A stretch of DNA of 64,000 bases from Candidatus Poribacteria bacterium (GTDB taxonomy: Bacteria; Poribacteria; WGA-4E; WGA-3G). Numbering within the stretch: the first letter of the stretch is position 1; the number at the start of each line of letters is the position of its first letter. A model generated the notes under the pieces. That model was not told where the DNA came from. It searched no databases and was given only the letters and a program-made list of their open reading frames with translations. Shown here piece after piece: positions 57,009 through 64,000 of the stretch. The DNA lies in NCBI GenBank assembly GCA_965198235.1, contig OZ240248.1, positions 5,057,292-5,121,291 on the forward strand, in the 5' to 3' direction. The translations under genes and the position numbers were made by a program.

Positions 57009-57144
57009 CTTTGCGGAAGCCCCCGAATTCATTCGGGGGTCTATCACTATCGCATGTTTTACAAGAAACCGTGCCAAAAAGAGAGTAGCATAGATTCGCT
57101 TATACGTCAAATGTAATTCCCGCGAAACCCTCTTTTTCTTTCTC

Positions 57145-57173
57145 TTGACATTTGCCTATCTTTCTACTATACT
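57145..57173 (+). promoter_or_regulatory. sigma70 promoter
   Basis: TTGACA-17 nt-TATACT. Confidence 0.7.
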
Positions 57174-57213
57174 TAAGGCAGTTTCTAAAAGACTTATGGA
57201 GGTATGCACCCTA

Positions 57214-57654
57214 GTGAAATTCTATTATCAATCCTGCTCACACTATTGGAAATTAGTGTTCATAGCCGTTTTCATGACCATAGCACTTCTTATCGGATGC
57301 AGTCAAAAAACGAGTGCACCGGAGATCGGACAAACGACATCGCTCTCTGGAACGATTGTCGAAATCGACGACCATGGCAATGCTGTCACTGACCTTTACA
57401 TCGCTCCATTTACCGAACGCGGTTGGGAACTTGGGGACACGCTTGAAGCAACGTTTGCAACAGGGCAAAAAATTCAGATCAAATTTGTTGAAAACTATGG
57501 AGATGTTCCTGAGGGGGAATATTTGGGGCGATTTTCGACCTCTACCAAACAATTCAAGATTGCGATTAACATGGGAAACATCTCTAAAACTTTAGAGTTG
57601 AAGAACCAGAGCAAGGTGGTTCTTCAGAAAGTGGAGTCGTCTTCAGCAGATTGA
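57214..57654 (+). CDS. Lipoprotein with a stand-alone SAM hydroxide adenosyltransferase (DUF62) C-terminal-like domain
   Basis: Lipobox LIGC; GTIVEIDDHGNAVTD, YGDVPEGE and IAINMGN. Start uncertain (57196 or 57214). Confidence 0.65.
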   Translation: MKFYYQSCSHYWKLVFIAVFMTIALLIGCSQKTSAPEIGQTTSLSGTIVEIDDHGNAVTDLYIAPFTERGWELGDTLEATFATGQKIQIKFVENYGDVPEGEYLGRFSTSTKQFKIAINMGNISKTLELKNQSKVVLQKVESSSAD

Positions 57655-57739
57655 GTGGATCTGCCGCAATACCTACCGTGTAGACGTAAACTCATTTTCT
57701 ATCAGAAAGGTGTCCTATACGAGGATAAATATACGAGAG

Positions 57740-59314
57740 ATGCTTCTTACACTTAAACAGGCAAGTCAATGGGCTTCAAAACATCTAAATAAAAACGTTA
57801 CACCCGCAAATATCACCTATTTAATCCAGTATGGAAGGATTGAATCTGTTGTTGATAACGGTCTAACGTTGGTCCCCTTGGAAAGCCTTGAAAATTACTA
57901 CAGTCTAAACCATCGTGAAACACGATGGAAAGATGAGATCGGTGATGACTTGAATTGGACGCTATCCTTTGAAAAAGTGAAGGAGGCGGAAACAACAAAG
58001 CATGTCCACCGGTTGCATCCGTATAAAGGCAAATTTATTCCACAACTGGTAGCCTATTTTTTAGATTCGCATACTGACGACTTTAAACGGGATGTCTATT
58101 TTCGACCAGGTGATATTGTGCTTGATCCGTTCTGTGGGAGTGGGACTACTTTAATCCAAGCGAACGAACTCGGCATACACGCAATTGGTATTGATGTTTC
58201 GGCGTTTAACGCTTTTATTGGCAATGCTAAAGTGGCGACATATAATTTCATCCCTTTGTGTGAGAAAAGTCAGGAGATAACGGCAGCACTTAGAAATTTT
58301 GTCGCTACGTCCGGGATAGTCGAATTTGAATCTAAACTTGCGGAAATGCTTGTTGATTTTAATAATCAATATTTTCCAGTGTCTTTCAAACGTCAGGTCA
58401 GAGTAGGTGAAATCAATCAGAAGCAGTACGGGGCTGAGAGGGAAGAGGCGTTTTTAGAAACGTATCGTGAACTTGTTGCCGAGTATCAAATTGACACACA
58501 GATGCCAACCCACTCCGCTCGCTTTAGGAAGCAGTGGTATCTTCCGGGAGTTAGAGCCGAAATTGATTTCGTCTATAGTTTGATTAGAAGAATAGAAGAT
58601 CCTTCAATACAAAGTGCCTTGATGTTGATACTAAGTCGGACCATCCGTTCGTGTCGAGCTACAACACACGCAGATTTAGGCACATTGCGGGAACCTGTAA
58701 CCACAACCTACTATTGTCGAAAGCACGGCAAAGTCTGTAAACCGCTCTTTTCAATCCTCAGTTGGTGGGATCGGTACAGCAGAGATAGTATAGAAAGGTG
58801 GGTTAAGTTCAGTAAATTAAAAACGGATACCTTTCAACACTGCATAACGGGTGATTCGCGGACTATTGACATCTGCACGATATTGAGACAAGCAAGTCCA
58901 CAATTTGCAGAGATCGCCCAGAAACAGCGGATTAAGGGTATCTTCACAAGTCCTCCCTATGTTGGACTTATCAACTACCACGAGCAACATGCCTACGCCT
59001 ATGATCTCTTTGGTTTCAAGAGGTTAGATGAATTAGAGATTGGTCCTCTGTTTAGAGGGAAGGGACACGAGGCAAGAGAATCCTACATTCACGGTGTGGC
59101 AGAGGTTTTCAAAAACTGCAAGCGATCTTTGGCTAATGATTACGATGTTTTCGTTGTTGCAAACGATAAGTTTAATATGTATCCAACTATCGCTGAAATA
59201 GCTGGTATGCACATCGTCAATCAACACAAACGACCTGTGTTAAATCGGACCGAAAAAAATCGAGGGTCGGCGTATTCTGAGACGATATTCCACCTGAAAG
59301 AAAAAAGGAATTGA
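57740..59314 (+). CDS. DNA amino-methyltransferase with an N-terminal HTH-like segment
   Basis: HRLHPYKGKFIPQ, DPFCGSGTT and TSPPY. Confidence 0.88.
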   Translation: MLLTLKQASQWASKHLNKNVTPANITYLIQYGRIESVVDNGLTLVPLESLENYYSLNHRETRWKDEIGDDLNWTLSFEKVKEAETTKHVHRLHPYKGKFIPQLVAYFLDSHTDDFKRDVYFRPGDIVLDPFCGSGTTLIQANELGIHAIGIDVSAFNAFIGNAKVATYNFIPLCEKSQEITAALRNFVATSGIVEFESKLAEMLVDFNNQYFPVSFKRQVRVGEINQKQYGAEREEAFLETYRELVAEYQIDTQMPTHSARFRKQWYLPGVRAEIDFVYSLIRRIEDPSIQSALMLILSRTIRSCRATTHADLGTLREPVTTTYYCRKHGKVCKPLFSILSWWDRYSRDSIERWVKFSKLKTDTFQHCITGDSRTIDICTILRQASPQFAEIAQKQRIKGIFTSPPYVGLINYHEQHAYAYDLFGFKRLDELEIGPLFRGKGHEARESYIHGVAEVFKNCKRSLANDYDVFVVANDKFNMYPTIAEIAGMHIVNQHKRPVLNRTEKNRGSAYSETIFHLKEKRN

Positions 59315-59317
59315 CGA

Positions 59318-59530
59318 ATGTCCTTACAACGACAGACGATGATTAAAGAGAAAATTAAGGATTGTATGCGGGATAAACCTCTGGAAACCGAAGAAATTAG
59401 AGAAGTTTGTCAAATCGGTAATTTAAACGAAGCAAATCTTACACAAGTGGATATCTGGTTGGATGCCTTTGAGCAGGCTGGCATTGAGTTGAGACCGGAA
59501 ATTGATAGTTATTTCGAGAAATTCAGATAA
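59318..59530 (+). pseudogene. Internally deleted type II restriction endonuclease (TdeIII-family-like)
   Basis: 70 aa directly after the MTase. The C-terminus LDAFEQAGIELRPEIDSYFEKFR resembles TdeIII-family C-termini as I recall them; no PD-(D/E)xK core. Confidence 0.55.
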
Positions 59531-59574
59531 CGATTTCTGAACGCAATAGTCCATTTACCAGTACCACATTGCTT

Positions 59575-60609
59575 ATGAAAGTTGACAACGCTTTTGATAA
59601 ATCGGAATTACTGCAACACCTCAAGACTGCTTACGCACTGCCATTGCAGTCTATGACTTTTTTGCCCGAAGGAGAGGACAGTTACGGCTATATTGCATTG
59701 TCTGAAACCGGTGAGAAGTATTTTGTCAAAGCGTCTACTTCTGTGCCGAATATCTGCTTGCAGTTGGCATCGCTCTTACGGCACCGATGTAACATATCTG
59801 GCGTTGTTGCTCCATTGGAAACATTAGACGGCACATTGAGTATCCCATGGCACGATTTTCGCGTCTCACTGTTCCCCTTTATTGAAGGTAGAAGCCGTTG
59901 GGACTTGTGGAAAGTCGGAAAAGATTTCACCGATGCAGAACTCAGTCAGACGGCTGCCCTGTTAGCGACAATCCATCTTTGCACAGATGAGATTGAGACG
60001 AGTCACCTTTCCACGGCAAAATATGATTTGCCGCTACGGAATGAGCTCCACATGGCACTTGAGGCTTCTGCAAAAAAGGTCCCTTCTCAGAATCCGTACC
60101 AGAAGCAGTTGCTTGACGCACTCGCAGCCCACCGATCTTCGATTTTAGAAACAATGGATAGATACGATGAATTAGGACGTTCAGCAGTGGCATCGCAAAC
60201 ACCTTTTGTGATTACACACGGCGATCCGACTCCGGGCAATCTTATTTTGGATACTGAAAACCAACTGCACCTGATTGATTGGGATGGTATTTCTTTGGGA
60301 CCCGCTGAGAAAGATCTTGTTGCTTTTACTGGGGAACGGTTCGATGTGGTCTTGGGCAGCTATCTTGAGAAAAAACGGAACGGAGTTGCCTTACATGTAG
60401 ACATTTTCGGTTTCTATATCTATGAATGGACGCTCAATGAAATCCGAGATTACAGCACTAAAATTCTGTTTAAAAATAAGGACACGCAACAGAACGAATA
60501 TGACTGGGAGAGCCTGCAAGACTACCTACCACCGGACCATGAATTGATGGAAAATGGAATCATGGCTGTCCAAGGCACACTCGATAGGTGTGGTGTCCTA
60601 CTGCAATAA
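59575..60609 (+). CDS. Aminoglycoside phosphotransferase/choline kinase-family protein
   Basis: LPEGEDS, YFVK, THGDPTPGN, LIDWD and PAEKDL. Confidence 0.85.
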   Translation: MKVDNAFDKSELLQHLKTAYALPLQSMTFLPEGEDSYGYIALSETGEKYFVKASTSVPNICLQLASLLRHRCNISGVVAPLETLDGTLSIPWHDFRVSLFPFIEGRSRWDLWKVGKDFTDAELSQTAALLATIHLCTDEIETSHLSTAKYDLPLRNELHMALEASAKKVPSQNPYQKQLLDALAAHRSSILETMDRYDELGRSAVASQTPFVITHGDPTPGNLILDTENQLHLIDWDGISLGPAEKDLVAFTGERFDVVLGSYLEKKRNGVALHVDIFGFYIYEWTLNEIRDYSTKILFKNKDTQQNEYDWESLQDYLPPDHELMENGIMAVQGTLDRCGVLLQ

Positions 60610-60622
60610 TGGAGGTTAGACA

Positions 60623-61354
60623 ATGTCTGAAATCAAATCCGTACTACTTTGGGAAAATCAACGGCGATATGTCCGCGAGGCGATTGATGCCGGCACACTC
60701 AAGGGAGCGATTATTCCAACGGGGAGCACAGAGCAACACAACGAACATTTGGCGATGTATCACGATACGCAAAGTGCAGTGTATGTCTCCAAATTGGCAG
60801 CTGAGAAGTTGTTCCCGCAGGTTATCGTCACAACCCCTTTAGCAATCGGGGTATCGGAACACTGGATGGATCACAAAGGCACGCTCACACTTCGTCCGGA
60901 AGTTTTTGGTGAGGTGCTTTATGACGTCGCTGATAGTATGCGCCGGCACGGCATTGACAACATTCTGATTGTCAATGGGCATGCTGGAAATGCCGGTCCA
61001 GTGCATCAACGGTTAGATGGCTACCGAGAAAAACTCGGTATCAACATCGAATTTCACTCCTACTGGGAAGCGTACAATGAAGAACTCGTCAAGGCGCAGA
61101 TGGAATCCGAGATCTGCCCTGGACACGCGGCGGAATTCGAGACAGCATTTGCCCTCGCTGCTTTCGCAGAAAACGTTGATTGGAACGGCGTGGATTACGA
61201 CAGCGCGAAACTCACTATCTCCGATGCAGGGCAGGCGAAATCCGACCGAGAATATCATCATCAAGCAAAATTGGCGACAGTCGAAAAAGGACAAGCGATG
61301 ATTGATGTTGCTGTGGACTGGGTCGCGGCACGGATGGAATCGATGCTTTCATAG
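60623..61354 (+). CDS. Creatininase/mycofactocin peptidase-family protein
   Basis: GSTEQHNEHL, D, NGHAGN and HAAEFET. Confidence 0.9.
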   Translation: MSEIKSVLLWENQRRYVREAIDAGTLKGAIIPTGSTEQHNEHLAMYHDTQSAVYVSKLAAEKLFPQVIVTTPLAIGVSEHWMDHKGTLTLRPEVFGEVLYDVADSMRRHGIDNILIVNGHAGNAGPVHQRLDGYREKLGINIEFHSYWEAYNEELVKAQMESEICPGHAAEFETAFALAAFAENVDWNGVDYDSAKLTISDAGQAKSDREYHHQAKLATVEKGQAMIDVAVDWVAARMESMLS

Positions 61355-61442
61355 CCGGACTTTTGCTGTAGGCGCGCCGCTAACGAAGCTTTCTGGGAAA
61401 CACCTCGTTTCTTAAGCGCGCCTCTATCCTTGACACCTTTTC

Positions 61443-62231
61443 CTAATGGCCTTCGATCACTTTCCGTAACCCATCACCCTGTTCCCGCCACCAACTATGG
61501 AGAATGGATATATCGGTACCGATGCAGAAATGCCGGACCCCCATATCAAGATAGTGCTTCGCATCATCAGCACTCCCGATTTCGGCACGCGGAGGGACAC
61601 CCATTTTTATCGCGGTCTTGAACACCTTGTCTTGTGCTTCACGAATTTCCGGAGCACCGCGTTGGCCTATCATACCGATACTCATTGAATAATCCGAACC
61701 ACCCCACTGAATCATATCAACGCCTTCAACAGATAACACTTCTTCAATGTTATCAACAGTCCCTTTTTTCTCTATCATGATAACGACGACAACATCGCGA
61801 AGTGCTTGGACGTATTCTGGACCTCCCCCGTAACCCATATAGGAAAATCGGCGGGTTGCTACGCCGTAACTACCGCCATCTTCGGGGGTATCTGCACGCG
61901 TAATGCGCACACATTCCTCCACGTCTTCAACGTTTTGGCAGTCGGCGTAAAGCACGCTCTGGAAGCCAGAGCCGATCGCGCGTTGTGCGATGAAACCTCG
62001 TGGCTCTTGGTCGACCTTAATCATTGTGGAGATGTTGTGCAGTTCAGCCGCCCGACACAGGTTATCCAAATCGTGCAGATCAAACGGACCGTATTCCCCT
62101 ACAAATTCAACGTAGTCATACAACCCTGTGTGTCCAATCGCCTCAACGATGGAGGGCCAAGTGGTATGGATATGCGTGCCGACTGTCGGTTTGTCAGCAT
62201 TGAGTAGTTCTCGAAAGGTATTTGTTCTCAT
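61443..62231 (-). CDS. HpcH/HpaI aldolase-family protein
   Basis: EYGPFD, IMIEKK and GGSDYSMS. Confidence 0.85.
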   Translation of the reverse strand: MRTNTFRELLNADKPTVGTHIHTTWPSIVEAIGHTGLYDYVEFVGEYGPFDLHDLDNLCRAAELHNISTMIKVDQEPRGFIAQRAIGSGFQSVLYADCQNVEDVEECVRITRADTPEDGGSYGVATRRFSYMGYGGGPEYVQALRDVVVVIMIEKKGTVDNIEEVLSVEGVDMIQWGGSDYSMSIGMIGQRGAPEIREAQDKVFKTAIKMGVPPRAEIGSADDAKHYLDMGVRHFCIGTDISILHSWWREQGDGLRKVIEGH

Positions 62232-62413
62232 GGATTGCTCCTCTGTTTTTGAGTCTAAGGCTGGTTAAAAGCCCATATTAACGTTAGCAGAGATCTGCAC
62301 TTTTTTCAACAACTTTTGGCTTGCGAACTTCATTAAAAAGTGCTTGCGCATCGATACTATTTCTGTTAGACTTGTGATAGACCCAAGTCTAAAGACTTGG
62401 GCTTCTGCAATCA

Positions 62414-63625
62414 TTAAGCAGAAGCATTTGTGGAATTCAGAATCGGATGGTTCGATTCAACGGAGGTGCCTACGATCTTGTTAAACAAAACAATAGGTCT
62501 TACAACTCCTAACCCAAAGGAAGCTACCCCTTCCTTGAGAATATTTATCGCAGCATTTTGGTCTCGGTCAAGATGCGTTTGGCAACTTGGACACGTCCAT
62601 TCCCGATCTGCGAGGGTTAATTCTTTATTATGGTAATCACAAACACAACAGCACTTTGTCGTAGGAGTCCATTTATCAATCTTCAGCACAGAACGTATCC
62701 GTTTTTTCGCCTGCCACTTGAGTTTTTGAGAGAACTCTCCAAACGCAAGGTCAGAGACCTGCTTTCCCCACAGGCGTTTCATACCGCTAAGGTTGAGATC
62801 TTCAAAGAACAGGATGTCAAACTTACGACAAAGTTCTATCGCAAGTTTCCAATGGTGGTCTGTCCGTTGGTTCGCCGTTTTCTTATGGATACGCGCAACA
62901 GTCTGACGGCACCGTTGCTGATTCTTAGAACCTTTGACCTTGCGAGAATACGCCTTTTGTGCGTTTGCCAATTGCTTGGCTTTCTGTTTGTAGAACATTG
63001 GAGAAGTATATCTATGACCATCACTGCCGATCAAGAATGCTTTGATACCAAAATCAAACCCTTCAGCTTGACCCGTCTTGGGTTCAATTTTAATTTCGGT
63101 ATAGTCTTCTGTCAGGGTGATATACATATCTCCGAGGGCGTCCCTCGTTACGTGAACTTGAACGAGGTCGCCTTTGATTTCACGGTGCAGAGCGAACCGA
63201 TACCAACGTCCGTTCAGTCGGATTTTATACGTCGGGTGGTGCCTCTCGTGTTTTTGCGCGTCCAGCACTTTCTCAATCTTCACCTGTTCACCGCGGAACG
63301 TCATCCCTTTGTGTTTCTTGCACTTCTTGAACTTCGGGTGACCTCTGCCAAGTGTTTTCATTTCACGGAAGCTTTGGGCGAGGCGTTTTAGGATATTTTG
63401 CAGACTCCACGCATAAGGAATGTTCCAATGCTTATACTTCTCAAGTCTCTTGAGTTGCGTCAGGTGCTTCGACATCTTGGAATACGAAAGTTCTTTACCG
63501 TATCTGCGGTAATATCGCAGTGAAAGTGCCAAAAAGTGGTTTTTCACAACGCCACAGATATTGAGTTCATCGTGGAGATGTTTCAAGGTTCTATCATGAA
63601 AAAGTTTATGATTTGTGTTCCGCAT
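62414..63625 (-). CDS. tnpB: RNA-guided endonuclease TnpB (diverged paralog of 55797-57008)
   Basis: 403 aa, collinear with copy 1; GFDFG, FEDL and DRDQNAA intact. Confidence 0.95.
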   Translation of the reverse strand: MRNTNHKLFHDRTLKHLHDELNICGVVKNHFLALSLRYYRRYGKELSYSKMSKHLTQLKRLEKYKHWNIPYAWSLQNILKRLAQSFREMKTLGRGHPKFKKCKKHKGMTFRGEQVKIEKVLDAQKHERHHPTYKIRLNGRWYRFALHREIKGDLVQVHVTRDALGDMYITLTEDYTEIKIEPKTGQAEGFDFGIKAFLIGSDGHRYTSPMFYKQKAKQLANAQKAYSRKVKGSKNQQRCRQTVARIHKKTANQRTDHHWKLAIELCRKFDILFFEDLNLSGMKRLWGKQVSDLAFGEFSQKLKWQAKKRIRSVLKIDKWTPTTKCCCVCDYHNKELTLADREWTCPSCQTHLDRDQNAAINILKEGVASFGLGVVRPIVLFNKIVGTSVESNHPILNSTNASA

Positions 63626-63637
63626 TTGGAATATCAG

Positions 63638-63720
63638 GTATCAGGCGTTTATCCCCTTACATGTGGGAGGCAGACACGCTACCCTGCGGTAACGCATGTA
63701 ATGTCTGCCAACCTGATACT
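63638..63720 (-). ncRNA. Putative structured leader RNA upstream of tnpB copy 2
   Basis: Same fold as 55701-55785 with compensatory changes; preceded by extended -10 TGGTATAAT (63724-63732). Confidence 0.7.
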
Positions 63721-64000
63721 CTCATTATACCACATTTCAAACTGAAAGTCTCGGAAAGTGGCGACCTTTGGCTTGCTAACGGAAGCTAAAGGGTACCGTT
63801 TCAGAGCCGAAGCCTCTGAAACTCGCCACTTTCCGCAAGTCTTTTTTAACATAGACCCCTGGTCTAATTCACAAGGGCGAGACTGTATCCCAAAGCTAAA
63901 GCATTGAGTTTTAGTCTCGGAAGTTAGATAACTATCGTGAGAAATTATAGCGTCCACTGCCCCGAAGGGGCATTGATTTAACCGAAAACCACCGTGAAAC

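Larger units (their letters stand above)
55584..57047 (+). mobile_element. IS200/IS605-family element lacking tnpA (IS1341-like), copy 1
   Basis: Left end: TTAT|, AAAA guide, hairpin CCCCTGAAT-TC-ATTCGGGG. Right end: GAAG guide, hairpin CCCCCGAATTCATTCGGGGG, TCAC|. Confidence 0.85.
62374..63927 (-). mobile_element. IS200/IS605-family element lacking tnpA, copy 2
   Basis: Minus strand. Left end: TTAT|, AAAA, hairpin CTCAATGC-TTTA-GCTTTGGG. Right end: GAAG, CCCAAGTC-TTTA-GACTTGGG, TCTATCAC|. Confidence 0.85.

Noticed and set aside
57061-57077. sigma-54 promoter TTGGCACGGTTTCTTGT on the minus strand
   Set aside because: The spacing from GG to the -12 dinucleotide is 11 rather than 10, and it reads GT rather than GC.
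62630-63391. Long antisense ORFs (also 4870-5601, 13256-13864, 56157-56789)
   Set aside because: They lie opposite well-supported genes and have no recognisable motifs.
63951-63963. 13-mer CGTCCACTGCCCC shared with the TnpB remnant tail at 40971-40983
   Set aside because: Too short and without flanking similarity; it may be chance or an unresolvable relic.

Overview
A mostly housekeeping window from a diderm bacterium. The gene content and repeat style suggest Candidatus Poribacteria, but this is inference and was not tested. In order it holds: galK (partial); a degenerate AccD-like gene; a partner-switching cluster (STAS, sensor kinase, REC-PP2C phosphatase, doubled RsbW-like kinase, STAS); rsmG-mnmG; the tRNA/tadA/large SRP RNA/dnaX/ybaB/recR block with six tRNAs, including all four Ser isoacceptors; an ECF sigma factor; gatB; nadB; valS; lpxL-lptCAB-rpoN-hpf; three tandem LivK-type lipoproteins; two orphan DNA methyltransferases, one next to a collapsed restriction gene; two complete tnpA-less IS200/IS605 TnpB elements and one TnpB remnant. 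The strongest novel signal is an ~85-nt structured leader in front of both full-length tnpB genes. It has its own sigma70-type promoter and a pseudoknot or kissing-loop fold supported by six compensatory base-pair changes between the two copies, and it is separate from the usual 3' omega/reRNA. The intergenic space carries several dispersed repeat families, one with a covarying stem, and repeat-like or hairpin DNA appears in frame inside protein genes. All product calls come from recognising motifs by eye; no database searches were run.
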